From: Candidatus Saccharimonadota bacterium
Lineage (GTDB): Bacteria; Patescibacteriota; Gracilibacteria; UBA4473
Assembly: GCA_965228485.1 (NCBI GenBank)
Contig: OZ245819.1
Coordinates: 150,001-182,000 of the forward strand
Reading direction: 5' to 3'
DNA: 32,000 nt
Below are positions 7,676 through 17,001 of the stretch, piece after piece. Each line of letters opens with the position of its first letter. The stretch's first letter is position 1. The notes under the pieces were generated by a model that saw only the letters and a program-made list of their open reading frames with translations, did no database searches and was not told the DNA's origin. Position numbers and translations under genes: made by a program.

Positions 7676-8734
7676 CTATTTGGTTTTTCCTTTGTTGATA
7701 AACTCGATCTTATAGATGTGTAGAAAAGCTAGAAGGAGTGTTAAGAGTAGTGGACCAAAAACAAGTCCTTTAAACCCAAAGGCAAGAACTCCTCCTAAAA
7801 TTACCAATAAAATTGCAAATGGATGGAGCATCGTTCTGGCTCCAATAAGGAATGGTTTTACTACATTATCGATATTTGCTACAAAAACCAGACTCCAGAT
7901 AAGAAGGAAGATTCCAGCTCCCCATTCTCCCTGAATAAATAGAGAGGCGGTGATTGGTATCCAAACGAGTCCTACTCCGATATACGGTACTGGTGCTAGG
8001 AAGGCGGCTACAGTTGCCCAGAAGAGAGGATTATTAATGCCAACAATACTCAGCCCTATACCGAGAACGATCCCTTGTGCTATGGCTCCACCAAAAATTC
8101 CATAGATGATTGATTTCATAAGATCTTCGGTTTTTCGGAAGAGTTCGTTTTTTTGTCGGGTTGATAGAGGGATTAGGTTTTTTACGTATCCCGTAATTTT
8201 TGGTCCATCGAGAAGAAAGAAGAAAAGTGAGGTAAAGAGGACTATTCCATGAAGTAAAACTAGTGAGAGTTGTTTTAGGAACCCAGCAGCAGAACGAACC
8301 GTTTCTGCCATCACATTTTGCATAATTCCGACGAAGCTCTCTAGATTTATTTCGTTCACTCGTTCTTCCAGAATAGGAACTTTACTCAGGGCGGTTCGAA
8401 TTTCGGTTTCGGCTTCATAGGCGAGACTTGGAAGGTTCAAGATGATATTGGTGGCATCTTGAAGGAGTGATAAAAATATCCAAACCGTTGGAATAATAAT
8501 TAGAAGAATGACCCCAATAAAAATAATCAAAACATTGAGAACTCTTGGCCATTTATTTTTCTTCTCGAGGTAGTTTAGTGTTGGGTATACAGCGGTACTA
8601 ATAACCGCTGCCATGAAGAGTGTTGTAAGAAATGGCTCAAAAATTTTGAAAACCAACCATAATAAAATCCCAATACATCCAAAAAGGAATATGTTGTGTA
8701 GAGATTCATCCGATAGTGTTTTTTTGTTGGGCAT
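7676..8734 (-). CDS. AI-2E family transporter (PerM/UPF0118)
   Basis: 352-aa polytopic membrane protein with a central soluble insert and the typical C-terminal 'NIDNVVKPFLIG...HPFAILLVILGG' segment of the AI-2E/PerM family. Confidence 0.8.
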   Translation of the reverse strand: MPNKKTLSDESLHNIFLFGCIGILLWLVFKIFEPFLTTLFMAAVISTAVYPTLNYLEKKNKWPRVLNVLIIFIGVILLIIIPTVWIFLSLLQDATNIILNLPSLAYEAETEIRTALSKVPILEERVNEINLESFVGIMQNVMAETVRSAAGFLKQLSLVLLHGIVLFTSLFFFLLDGPKITGYVKNLIPLSTRQKNELFRKTEDLMKSIIYGIFGGAIAQGIVLGIGLSIVGINNPLFWATVAAFLAPVPYIGVGLVWIPITASLFIQGEWGAGIFLLIWSLVFVANIDNVVKPFLIGARTMLHPFAILLVILGGVLAFGFKGLVFGPLLLTLLLAFLHIYKIEFINKGKTK

Positions 8735-8799
8735 GTGTTTTTATTATCCCCATTTTATAAATTTTTTGAGAAAAAAATAAAGTTTGTATTTCTAATTTT

Positions 8800-8828
8800 T
8801 TGACACCACTATATTAGCACTCTATAAT
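8800..8828 (+). promoter_or_regulatory. Consensus sigma70 promoter
   Basis: TTGACA (8800-8805), exactly 17 nt, TATAAT (8823-8828). Both hexamers match consensus perfectly. Confidence 0.65.
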
Positions 8829-8840
8829 ACAGAGTGCTAA
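8814..8840 (+). promoter_or_regulatory. CIRCE operator (HrcA binding site)
   Basis: TTAGCACTC-tataataca-GAGTGCTAA is a perfect match to the CIRCE consensus TTAGCACTC-N9-GAGTGCTAA. The 9-nt spacer contains the -10 TATAAT. Confidence 0.85.
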
Positions 8841-8855
8841 AATTAATTTTTTCAT

Positions 8856-9413
8856 ATGGTATTTACAAGATCGGCAAGCGATGGAGACTTTGTTCAGAGC
8901 TTTGAAATTCGTCAATCATTTATGATTTTTATTTGTAGACTAATGTTGATTGAGATTTTTATTTTATCTCTTCATGTTATTTTGTCTTTATCGTTTAAGG
9001 CTGTAATTCCAGATTTAGTTATTTTTGGATATTCAGTGTTTTCTTTAGAGCTTTTGTTTATACATTTTTTAAATACGTTCTTAGTTATTTATAAGACGTT
9101 ATTTTGGTTTAACCGTTATTATGTTATTAGTTCAAGAGCTATTACGAGAGTTGAGGGAGTTTTTAATCGTAATATAGCGTCTCAAGATATTAGGACGATT
9201 TCAACGGTAAATGTTAACCAAGGGTTTTGGGGATTTATCTTTAGATTTGGAAATGTGATCATTGAAAACCCGTTTTCAAAAAATGAAATAAAACTTTTAT
9301 TTGTACACAACCCTGAAAAGTGGGCGACAGAAATTCGCCATCTCAAAGAAATGGCGTTACGCGATAGACCTTTTAATGAAAATGAAATGGCATTATTAGC
9401 TAAATATAGATAA
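8856..9413 (+). CDS. Membrane protein with bacterial PH-like (bPH_2/DUF304-type) domain
   Basis: 185 aa with two or three N-terminal TM helices. Then 'YYVISSRAITRVEGVFNRNIASQDIRTISTVNVNQGFWGFIFRFGNVIIE...VHNPEKWATEI', which follows the YdbS/YdbT membrane-flanked PH-domain pattern. Confidence 0.6.
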   Translation: MVFTRSASDGDFVQSFEIRQSFMIFICRLMLIEIFILSLHVILSLSFKAVIPDLVIFGYSVFSLELLFIHFLNTFLVIYKTLFWFNRYYVISSRAITRVEGVFNRNIASQDIRTISTVNVNQGFWGFIFRFGNVIIENPFSKNEIKLLFVHNPEKWATEIRHLKEMALRDRPFNENEMALLAKYR

Positions 9414-9426
9414 TTTTTGAATTATT

Positions 9427-11970
9427 ATGAACTTTGATAAATGGACAACGGCAGCGGCAGAATCGGTTGTTAACACGCAGAAGTTAGCCGATGATTTTAG
9501 TGCTTCAACATTAGAAATTGAGCACTGGGTTCTGGCAGTTTTGAATGACGAGAACTCATTTTTGCACAAAATATTGCAAAAATTGGGAATAGATTCAGTT
9601 TCGGTGAAATCAGTTTTCGCTCAAAAAGTATCACAGTTTTCAAAAGTAGAAGGAGCGCAAAGAATGCCTTCTCGGGATTTTGGTGAAATGATTCAGAAAG
9701 CCGAAAAAATCCAATCAAAAATGGGAGATGATTATTTGGCGATTGATCATCTTTTTTTAGCCGTTTTTGAAGGTTCTTCAATGGCCAAGTCTGAGTTAGA
9801 AAAACTAGGGATCGATAAAAAGGCGGTTCAATCTGCTATAGAAAACCTTCGAAATGGAGAAAAAATTGATTCTCAGGAAGGCCATGAAAAATTGGAAGCT
9901 CTAGAAAAATATACCATTGATTTCACGGCTTTGGCCGAAAAAGGGAAAATTGATCCAATCATTGGAAGGGATGAAGAAATTCGTCGAACGATTCAGATTC
10001 TTTCCAGACGGACCAAAAATAATCCTTGTTTAGTGGGAGATCCAGGGGTCGGGAAGACGGCTATTGCTGAGGGGTTAGCGGTGAAAATTTATCAGAAAGA
10101 AGTCCCCGAAAGTTTAAGAAACAAACGAGTACTTTCTCTTGATCTAGCCGCCTTAGTAGCGGGGGCTAAGTATCGGGGGGAGTTCGAAGACAGGCTTAAA
10201 AATGTACTGAAAGCCCTCGAAAAAGCAGAAGGAAGAATCATTTTGTTTATCGATGAACTTCACACGATTGTCGGAGCCGGAGCGTCGGAAGGTTCGATGG
10301 ATGCAGGGAATTTATTGAAGCCAGCCCTAGCTCGGGGGACGCTTCATTGTGTGGGAGCGACGACGCTTTCTGAATACCGGAAATATATAGAAAAAGACGC
10401 GGCTCTTGAACGTCGGTTTCAACCCGTTCCTGTTGAAGAACCAACCTTTGAAGAAGCTTTAGCCATTTTGAGAGGGATTCGTGAAAAATATGAACTTCAT
10501 CATGGAGTACGGATTACCGATGATGCTTTGATCTCGGCGGTTAATTTATCGATGCGGTATTTAACGGATCGAAAGCTGCCTGATAAAGCGATCGATCTGA
10601 TTGATGAATCGATGAGTAAACTCAAACTTGAAATCGAATCAGAACCAGAAGCGATTTCAGAAATCAAAAGACAACTCGTAACGCTTGAGATTGAACGAGC
10701 CGCACTAACTAAGGAGAATACCAAACCAAAGAGACTCAAAGAGGTAGAAAAGCGTGTCGCTGATCTTAAGGAAGAACTCAAAAACCTAGAATCTGAATGG
10801 CAGTTAGAAAAGGCCAGTGTGACGGATGTAAATGACCTCAAAGAGAAGCTCGAGTTGCTCAAATTCGAAGCTGAACGGGCCGAAAAAGATGCTGATTTTG
10901 CTCGAGCCGCAGAACTGAGACACGGAGAAATTCCAGAACTAGAAACACAAATTGCAGAACTTGCCAAAAAAGCTAATGGGAAAAAACTTCTTCGTGAAGA
11001 AATTACCGAAAACGATATTGCTGAAATTATTGCCCGTTGGACGGGAATTCCAGCCGCAAAATTAACCGAAAAAGAATCAGAAAAACTCGCTCATCTAGAA
11101 AATAATCTCCATGAAAATTTAATCGGACAGGAAAAAGCTATCTCCGCCGTATCGAATGCTATTCGTCGAAATAGAGCAGGTTTGGGAGCAGAAAATAGAC
11201 CGATTGGTTCTTTTCTTTTCCTGGGGCCAACGGGAGTCGGGAAGACCGAGCTGGCTAAAACGCTCGCTAAACTACTTTTCGATTCGGAAGAAGCGATGCT
11301 TCGATTTGATATGTCGGAGTACATGGAGCCACACAGTGTCGCGAAACTTATTGGTGCGCCTCCAGGGTACATCGGTCATGATGAAGGGGGACAGTTGACG
11401 GAAAAGGTTCGACGACGACCGTATTCTGTCTTACTTTTTGATGAGGTAGAAAAAGCTCATCGTGATGTCTTTAATGTGTTTTTACAGATTCTTGATGATG
11501 GACACATAACCGATAGCAAAGGACGAAAAGTAAACTTCAAAAATACGATTATTATTTTTACTTCTAACTTATTGGCGGATTTATTTGCTCAAGGTGATAC
11601 CCCTGAAGAAAAGAAAATGAGAGAAGAATTGGTGAATTTTTTCCGACCAGAATTTTTGAATCGGTTGGATGAAATTATTGGGTTTCACCAGCTTGGAAAA
11701 TCCCATATTGAGAAAATTCTTGAACTTCAACTCTCGGATGTTTCTCGTCGGTTAAAAGAAAACCAAGATATTGATCTCACATTTGAAAAGAGTGCCAAAG
11801 ATTACCTTGCTCAAGAGGGATTTGATCCGGCATTTGGAGCGAGACCTTTGAAAAGAGCGATAGAGAGAGAACTACTTAACCCACTCGCATTAAGATTACT
11901 TGAAGGTGGGGGAATGACAGGGAAAACAATTTTGGTTAAGAGTGGGAAAGAAGGATTAATTTTTGAGTAG
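9427..11970 (+). CDS. clpB: ATP-dependent chaperone/disaggregase ClpB
   Basis: 847 aa. It has a Clp N-domain, Walker A motifs 'GDPGVGKT' (NBD1) and 'GPTGVGKT' (NBD2), a long coiled-coil middle domain and 'ARPLKRAIE'. Confidence 0.95.
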   Translation: MNFDKWTTAAAESVVNTQKLADDFSASTLEIEHWVLAVLNDENSFLHKILQKLGIDSVSVKSVFAQKVSQFSKVEGAQRMPSRDFGEMIQKAEKIQSKMGDDYLAIDHLFLAVFEGSSMAKSELEKLGIDKKAVQSAIENLRNGEKIDSQEGHEKLEALEKYTIDFTALAEKGKIDPIIGRDEEIRRTIQILSRRTKNNPCLVGDPGVGKTAIAEGLAVKIYQKEVPESLRNKRVLSLDLAALVAGAKYRGEFEDRLKNVLKALEKAEGRIILFIDELHTIVGAGASEGSMDAGNLLKPALARGTLHCVGATTLSEYRKYIEKDAALERRFQPVPVEEPTFEEALAILRGIREKYELHHGVRITDDALISAVNLSMRYLTDRKLPDKAIDLIDESMSKLKLEIESEPEAISEIKRQLVTLEIERAALTKENTKPKRLKEVEKRVADLKEELKNLESEWQLEKASVTDVNDLKEKLELLKFEAERAEKDADFARAAELRHGEIPELETQIAELAKKANGKKLLREEITENDIAEIIARWTGIPAAKLTEKESEKLAHLENNLHENLIGQEKAISAVSNAIRRNRAGLGAENRPIGSFLFLGPTGVGKTELAKTLAKLLFDSEEAMLRFDMSEYMEPHSVAKLIGAPPGYIGHDEGGQLTEKVRRRPYSVLLFDEVEKAHRDVFNVFLQILDDGHITDSKGRKVNFKNTIIIFTSNLLADLFAQGDTPEEKKMREELVNFFRPEFLNRLDEIIGFHQLGKSHIEKILELQLSDVSRRLKENQDIDLTFEKSAKDYLAQEGFDPAFGARPLKRAIERELLNPLALRLLEGGGMTGKTILVKSGKEGLIFE

Positions 11971-11975
11971 AAAGC

Positions 11976-12884
11976 TTAACTTTTTTCTAGTTCTAGCATT
12001 GTTAGCGCAGAAGCCTTTAGCGGGTCTCTTAAAAATTCTCCAACTTTTATAGGAAGGTCTTCTCCTTGATATGGAACGCGGTATCTTTCCTCAAGTAGAT
12101 CAAAGTCTTCTTTTTTTAGAAGTCCGTTGGCTCCACTAAGTAGAGTGAATATTGCACAATCTCTACTTGCCTTAGGAACTCTGTAATCGTTTTCTCTTGT
12201 TACCCAGTCTAATGCATAATCAATAACAAAATGGTCTCCATTCCTATAAAGAATGAGGTAATTATTTAGATCAGAAGTTAGATTCCCTGTTCGTAGAAAT
12301 GCCTCAAACTGTTCAGCAAATAAATTATGCGAGACATCTAAAATAATTTTTCCCTTGGTATGATCAATCTCATGGTGCATGGCTACAGCCTCGAATCCAG
12401 TCATATCATGTGTTTGTGGTAGACCGTGTCGATTAAGACCATTGACCATTAGGTAGGCGGGGCGTGTAGTATTTTTTATAATGAGTGAAAGAGGGGGGCA
12501 TTCTTCGTCTTTATCTACGAGAAAGACACTCCCGCAGCCTTCGTATTCTGTCTGGGGTTCGCTTTGCCCTATGATTTTAGGGTTAAAGAGAACCATAGGG
12601 TCTCTCTCATCATCTGGTTCGCCGTCTGTCCATTTTTGTATAACCACTAGGCTTGGCATACTATCAAAATGGTAATTTTGAGGACATCCTCCAACGACGT
12701 TTGGTCGAGCAAGATACTGGTCGATACAATAAGTCACCATCTGTTGAAACTCTCGACTTAAAATATCGGTAGGAGTTACCTCAAACCCAGGAGTTCTTAG
12801 GTGCTCTTCGTCTGAAAAAATGTTGGTAAATTCAAAGCGTCGATTCATTGAATTCAATGTAGAAATAAAATTTTTTTTATACAA
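11976..12884 (-). CDS. Divergent peptide-deformylase-like metalloprotein with long extensions
   Basis: 302 aa. The three PDF motifs are recognisable but altered: 'GGCPQ' (against GxGxAAxQ), 'EGCGS' (nt 12528-12542, against EGCLS) and 'HEIDH' (nt 12360-12374, against HExDH). Codon 12884 is TTG and the first ATG is at 12848. Confidence 0.6.
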   Translation of the reverse strand: MYKKNFISTLNSMNRRFEFTNIFSDEEHLRTPGFEVTPTDILSREFQQMVTYCIDQYLARPNVVGGCPQNYHFDSMPSLVVIQKWTDGEPDDERDPMVLFNPKIIGQSEPQTEYEGCGSVFLVDKDEECPPLSLIIKNTTRPAYLMVNGLNRHGLPQTHDMTGFEAVAMHHEIDHTKGKIILDVSHNLFAEQFEAFLRTGNLTSDLNNYLILYRNGDHFVIDYALDWVTRENDYRVPKASRDCAIFTLLSGANGLLKKEDFDLLEERYRVPYQGEDLPIKVGEFLRDPLKASALTMLELEKS

Positions 12885-12889
12885 ATATT

Positions 12890-13498
12890 TTATAATAAAC
12901 AGTCTGATCCACAGGTAATGATCAGATCTTCTTGGGCTAAGTCAGGTTGTTCTTCTAGGGCTTTTTCTAGGTCATCGGCAATATGTCCCAAATTTCGATA
13001 TTCAAATGGATGTGGTTCTGGTTTGAGAAATATAGCAAAAACCTCTGTTCCAGTTCCTATAAGTCTTGGCTCAAATTGGATTTTTCCTCCTAGATTTTGA
13101 CTTCCAAAGGAGACAATTCTTTCTTTCTGAGCATTGGTAAGTCGATGAAATCGGCTTAATACGTTTAATAGTCTTGTGGTAGAAATACTCTCCTGAGATT
13201 CAATGTCTTGAGATTCCATGCCTTCTAAGCGGTCTCCTTGCTGAGCATTGTAGCGTGTGAGTCCTACGAGTGTTCCTCCTGCAGCTTTATAGAGATCCAT
13301 TGGTTCACGGTATTTGGTGATCGCATTTTGAACCACCGCTAGATGAGGTCTTGGGGTGGCTTGTTGAATTTCTGCTGTATGGTGTGGAGAAAATACGGCT
13401 TCAGTTACGATAGCTTGTGCGGATGCTGGGATAGTATCGAAAATGTTTTCGGCTAAACATTCAATTTCATGTCCTTCTCCTAATCGATCAATTCCCAT
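12890..13498 (-). CDS. Hypothetical protein (202 aa)
   Basis: ATG-to-TAA ORF that ends 5 nt before the PDF-like gene on the same strand, so the two are probably co-transcribed. No recognisable family. Confidence 0.5.
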   Translation of the reverse strand: MGIDRLGEGHEIECLAENIFDTIPASAQAIVTEAVFSPHHTAEIQQATPRPHLAVVQNAITKYREPMDLYKAAGGTLVGLTRYNAQQGDRLEGMESQDIESQESISTTRLLNVLSRFHRLTNAQKERIVSFGSQNLGGKIQFEPRLIGTGTEVFAIFLKPEPHPFEYRNLGHIADDLEKALEEQPDLAQEDLIITCGSDCLL

Positions 13499-13586
13499 GC
13501 TTTAGTCTTGAAAGTTAATAACATTTTAATGTTAATAGGGCGTATTGCAAATTTTGTTTAATGTTTTATTTTTTAAGATTTGAGCC

Positions 13587-13614
13587 TTGATCTTTACTTT
13601 TTTCTAGCTATTAA
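13587..13614 (+). promoter_or_regulatory. Sigma70-like promoter, near-leaderless
   Basis: TTGATC (13587-13592), 16-nt spacer, TATTAA (13609-13614). 9 nt remain to ATG 13624. Confidence 0.4.
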
Positions 13615-13623
13615 ATTCTCCGA

Positions 13624-14127
13624 ATGGAAAGTAAACGGGAAGTGAATGTGGCTTATGTTTTTCGAGGTGAAAGATACGAGAAGGGGAGTGTGGTGAATAC
13701 CTTTGTAGAAGAAACTCGAGCAATATTGAGAGATCGATTGGGATCAGGATTTGGTATATTTGGAGCGAATGATGCCGTTTTGCTTCAGGGTAAAATCTCA
13801 GAGCGTCCTAAAGCTAGAAAAACACTTTTGGCTATAGAGGCTCCTCATACACATTATAATTTGGGAACCCAAAAACTGATTGGCTGGGCACGAGATTCTT
13901 TGCAGAATGTTTCTTCTTTTGTTTTTCTATCTGATCAGGCGCATGCTTTCCCCGCAAAGAGTCCAAATTTGGGTCCTCGAAATCCAGAGGGGTTCAGGAA
14001 TGTTGAGGCTGATTTAAAAAATTTGGTGGTTGCTTATGGAGTTTTCCCTAACAAAGATATGGAATTGGTTTTACCTTTGTGGTTTGAGTTTTTGAATCGA
14101 GAGTTAGACGAAATCTTAGTTGACTAG
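13624..14127 (+). CDS. Hypothetical protein (167 aa)
   Basis: ATG-to-TAG ORF preceded by a candidate promoter. No recognisable family. Confidence 0.5.
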   Translation: MESKREVNVAYVFRGERYEKGSVVNTFVEETRAILRDRLGSGFGIFGANDAVLLQGKISERPKARKTLLAIEAPHTHYNLGTQKLIGWARDSLQNVSSFVFLSDQAHAFPAKSPNLGPRNPEGFRNVEADLKNLVVAYGVFPNKDMELVLPLWFEFLNRELDEILVD

Positions 14128-14273
14128 TGGTTATAAGTCATAACTTTCTACTTCTGGCCTTCTTGGATTGGGGAAAAAGAAGTAGGGGATTTGGGTCATG
14201 TCTTCTACGAGTTCTTTGAGTTCTTTGAGATGAACTTCTGTGTCTTCCATTGATTGTGGAATTTCAGAAAGTC

Positions 14274-14537
14274 CTATGATAATGATAACCATAATATATG
14301 TGTGCCTAGAAATCTTAGAGCGGGTAAGCCATCAACACAGCTTCTGTAAATATTGAAAGCTTCAAACCGAACGTCAACATTTATAATTTTTTCTCGTATG
14401 AGTTGTTTAAGTTCCTCTTTGGTTTCAGGATGGCCTTCATAACTTCCATCAGGAGCTTTTTGGTTATCGCTGAATTGTCGTCTAGCTTTCTCTTTGTAGC
14501 GTCTCTCTTCGGCTATATATTCTTCATCAAGAATCAT
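14274..14537 (-). CDS. Hypothetical protein (about 87 aa, charged)
   Basis: The ORF track opens at TTG 14546. The first ATG is at 14537, with TTGACT-16-TATTTG ending 6 nt upstream on the minus strand. No recognisable family. Confidence 0.4.
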   Translation of the reverse strand: MILDEEYIAEERRYKEKARRQFSDNQKAPDGSYEGHPETKEELKQLIREKIINVDVRFEAFNIYRSCVDGLPALRFLGTHILWLSLS

Positions 14538-14589
14538 AATACTCAAATATGCTTATTATGAAAAAAGTCAATTAATGAAGCATAATTTC

Positions 14590-14617
14590 TTGATTTTTTT
14601 TTAAAATATATTATAAA
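14590..14617 (+). promoter_or_regulatory. Sigma70-like promoter, leaderless
   Basis: TTGATT (14590-14595), 16-nt spacer, TATAAA (14612-14617). 6 nt remain to ATG 14624. Confidence 0.4.
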
Positions 14618-14623
14618 TGTTGT

Positions 14624-14989
14624 ATGAGTTTTCTAAATATTGGTCACATTGATAATGGTCAGGTGTATGATTCTTTAGATTCAGTCCCACCAAGTGCCGC
14701 GGTTCTAGATACAGAAAGTGGTAAGGCTGTTTGGAAAGACAAGACAGGGAGAGTAGAAGGATCGATTATTGATTTTTGTACCGATTTACCAGTGATGCAG
14801 AGACTATCAGAACTGACTTTTCAGGATAAAGCTCGTGGTCTGGCACGAAATGTGAAATTGGCAGTAGAGGCGAGTGCGGAGGTTTTATCTGAAGGTGTTG
14901 CGGCGAATGTATTAGGAGAAGTTGAAGAGGTTTTAAACGATACAGGACGATTTTATAAGCCCTCACATCCGAGAGCTTTAACGGGATAA
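14624..14989 (+). CDS. Hypothetical protein (121 aa)
   Basis: ATG-to-TAA ORF with its own promoter-like element. No recognisable family. Confidence 0.5.
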   Translation: MSFLNIGHIDNGQVYDSLDSVPPSAAVLDTESGKAVWKDKTGRVEGSIIDFCTDLPVMQRLSELTFQDKARGLARNVKLAVEASAEVLSEGVAANVLGEVEEVLNDTGRFYKPSHPRALTG

Positions 14990-15001
14990 TTTTTTGAAGG
15001 C

Positions 15002-16264
15002 TTGATTTTGAATTTTGGTCACGTTAATCTTACGAGCGTGAAGATTTTTAATTTTTGGCTTCCGTTGGGAATTGGTATCTTAATTTTAATGGCTTTTTTG
15101 GGAAAGCTTTTTTTCCTGCTTTTACTTGGAGTGGGGCTTTATCTTCTTAAAGATCAAAAGCGCACACAGCGTATTTTTAAAGCCGTAAAACATGAGGATC
15201 TTGCAGAGCTCTTTGAAGCTTCTTTTGACATCAGTTTTGAAGACATTAAGGTTAAAAATAAGCCCTCTCAAGCGGCAAGAATGACAAGAAAAAATCAAAA
15301 ATCGAAAACTAAATCTATTTCTTTTCTTCCTATGAAAAAATTTTTTATTACCAAGTTCGTACCGGTGGGAGTGTTAGTGATCGCTTTAATTTTGGTGGTC
15401 ATGGATGGTTTTGTAAATGTTCCAGCGGGGCATGTAGGGGTAATATTTGATCGAGGAAGAGGAGTATTAGAACAAGAGTTTGATGAAGGACTTCATCTAA
15501 AGACTCCATTCTGGCAGAGTGTCGTAATGATGAATACACGACTTCAAACCTATACAATGTCGACTCACTTAAGCGAAGCCGATATGGTTAATAATACCAA
15601 AGCGCTTCAGTTACAGAGTTTGGTTGGACGATCAGAATCTGCTATCAGGCAGTATGCGGTTCAGAGTGGAGGGACAAATAATTCTATCGATGCTCTGACG
15701 AAGGATGGTCAAAGAGTGACGGTTGATTTGACTGTTCAGTTTCAGATAGATGGGAGTAATGCGAGTGTAATCTATCGTTCGATTGGTCTTGGCTATGTAG
15801 ATAAAGTGGTACGTCCTGCGGCTCGTTCTATTACTCGAGAAAAGGTCACCGGTTTTACCTCTAAAGAGCTTTATAACGAATCGACTCGTCAAAAGATGGA
15901 ACAAGAAATCGAAGCGACTATCAAAGAAAACTTTGTCAGTAAGAATATTATCTTAGGCGATGTCCTTATTCGACACATAGGTTTTAGTGGAGCATATCTA
16001 AACGCCATTGAAGAAAAACAAATCGCTCAACAAAAGATTGAAAAAGCTGAGTTTGAAAAACAAGAAGCCGAAATCAGAAAAGAGAAAACTATTATTGAAG
16101 CTCAGGCAGAAGCAGAATCAATTCGTCTAAAAGGGGAGGCTCTAGAGCAAAGTCCTGAGGTGATTCAACTTCAGTTTGTGGAGAAGATGTCACCTCAGAT
16201 CAAATGGGGAGTTTTACCCGATAATGGCTTGCCTTTGTTAGATATTGGGAAATTAACCCAATAA
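15002..16264 (+). CDS. SPFH/band-7 (prohibitin-like) membrane protein with extra N-terminal membrane segment
   Basis: From 'MKKFFITKFVPVGVLVIAL' (ATG 15332) onwards the layout is classic: TM helix, SPFH domain ('VPAGHVGVIFDRGRGV...GLHLKTPFWQSVVMMNTRLQTY') and a coiled-coil tail 'EKQIAQQKIEKAEFEKQEAEIRKEK'. The upstream 110 codons are open from TTG 15002 and encode two more hydrophobic helices, so the true start is uncertain. Confidence 0.8.
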   Translation: MILNFGHVNLTSVKIFNFWLPLGIGILILMAFLGKLFFLLLLGVGLYLLKDQKRTQRIFKAVKHEDLAELFEASFDISFEDIKVKNKPSQAARMTRKNQKSKTKSISFLPMKKFFITKFVPVGVLVIALILVVMDGFVNVPAGHVGVIFDRGRGVLEQEFDEGLHLKTPFWQSVVMMNTRLQTYTMSTHLSEADMVNNTKALQLQSLVGRSESAIRQYAVQSGGTNNSIDALTKDGQRVTVDLTVQFQIDGSNASVIYRSIGLGYVDKVVRPAARSITREKVTGFTSKELYNESTRQKMEQEIEATIKENFVSKNIILGDVLIRHIGFSGAYLNAIEEKQIAQQKIEKAEFEKQEAEIRKEKTIIEAQAEAESIRLKGEALEQSPEVIQLQFVEKMSPQIKWGVLPDNGLPLLDIGKLTQ

Positions 16265-16266
16265 GT

Positions 16267-16549
16267 TTACTTTAATTGTTCTCGAATATTTTTTCTTAGT
16301 GTTGCAAGACTTGGGTATTCGTAGAAGAAAGACATCTTTTGATTGTCCATGCTTGCCTGACAATCTTTTGGTTTTGCCTTAACGACAAAGTGAGCGAAAG
16401 TTTCATAGAGGATTATTAAGGTTTCGGATTGGTTTGCGTTTTTTTTGGGGGGGGGAAGTTCCGTCTGGGTAGCCTTTTATAATCTGGCTTTCTTCTAGAT
16501 AGTTAATAGATTTTTCCCAATCATAATTTTGAGTGTCAGGAAATGCACA
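16267..16549 (-). pseudogene. SLH (S-layer homology) domain gene remnant, 5'-truncated and frameshifted
   Basis: The minus strand reads 'AFPDTQNYDWEKSINYLEESQIIKGYPDGT', which is SLH-like. It then meets the C9A8 tract, and after a -1 shift continues as '(K)NANQSETLIILYETFAHFVVKAKP...REQLK*'. Two TAG codons lie directly upstream and there is no in-frame start. Confidence 0.45.
16439..16455. repeat. Homopolymer pair T8 then G9
   Basis: tttttttt (16439-16446) is followed by ggggggggg (16447-16455). A G9 run is conspicuous in this AT-rich sequence. Confidence 0.95.
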
Positions 16550-16602
16550 CTACTACTGATAAAGACCAAAATCGAAGCTAAAAATAATCGTATAATCCCA
16601 TT

Positions 16603-17001
16603 ATGAAATTTTTTTTGAGTATTGTGAAGAATTTTAGTTGTGCTAGAATCCTTTACATGATGAATGACAAAAAGATCAAAACGATCAAAATCGTAAACAT
16701 TATTCTTTCTGTGATTTGGTGTTTAATCCTCCCTTTTGCCGGAATAATGGCGATGTTTTCACCGATGATGTTTGATTCTCCTGAGTCCACAGAATCCATG
16801 ATGGCTTGGCTGGTTTTTTTCTCAGTCTTCTTTTTTCCGTTGGTGATTATCTTATCGGTTGCGGCGACCTGGATAATTTGGGCTTATAAAAAGTACAAGC
16901 TTTCTCTTTGGATAGCTCTTTTGCCTTTGTTTAATATAATGCTGATTCTTATCAGCTTTTTTTTATTGGCAGTTCTCTGTTCTGGTGAATTTGCCTGTTA
17001 A
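16603..17001 (+). CDS. Hypothetical integral membrane protein (132 aa)
   Basis: It has three or four hydrophobic helices. A perfect TATAAT (16591-16596) lies 6 nt upstream of ATG 16603. An alternative start is MMNDKK, about 16657. Confidence 0.5.
   Translation: MKFFLSIVKNFSCARILYMMNDKKIKTIKIVNIILSVIWCLILPFAGIMAMFSPMMFDSPESTESMMAWLVFFSVFFFPLVIILSVAATWIIWAYKKYKLSLWIALLPLFNIMLILISFFLLAVLCSGEFAC

Noticed and set aside
10500-10967. A 155-aa ORF on the minus strand inside clpB, Ser-rich and low-complexity.
   Set aside because: It is antisense to the coiled-coil middle domain of a very well supported clpB. Such open antisense frames are a known artefact of K/E/L-rich coding sequence. It has no start context or homology.
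14131-14292. A 53-codon minus-strand ORF ('MVIIIIGLSEIPQSMEDTEVHLKELKELVEDMTQIPYFFFPNPRRPEVESYDL') in the gap after 13624-14127, overlapping the end of the 14274-14546 ORF in another frame.
   Set aside because: It is below the usual length threshold and has no homology or promoter signal. It could be a real small protein or the frameshifted tail of the upstream ORF, but I cannot support either reading.
14624-15040. Similar N-termini 'FLNIGHIDN' and 'ILNFGHVNL', with shared 'ttggtcac' and repeated TGGTCA hexamers at the starts of two adjacent genes.
   Set aside because: The match is only about 8 nt or 5 aa. TGGTCA/TGACCA also occurs elsewhere, for example near 12443 and 15396. This is not distinguishable from chance by eye.
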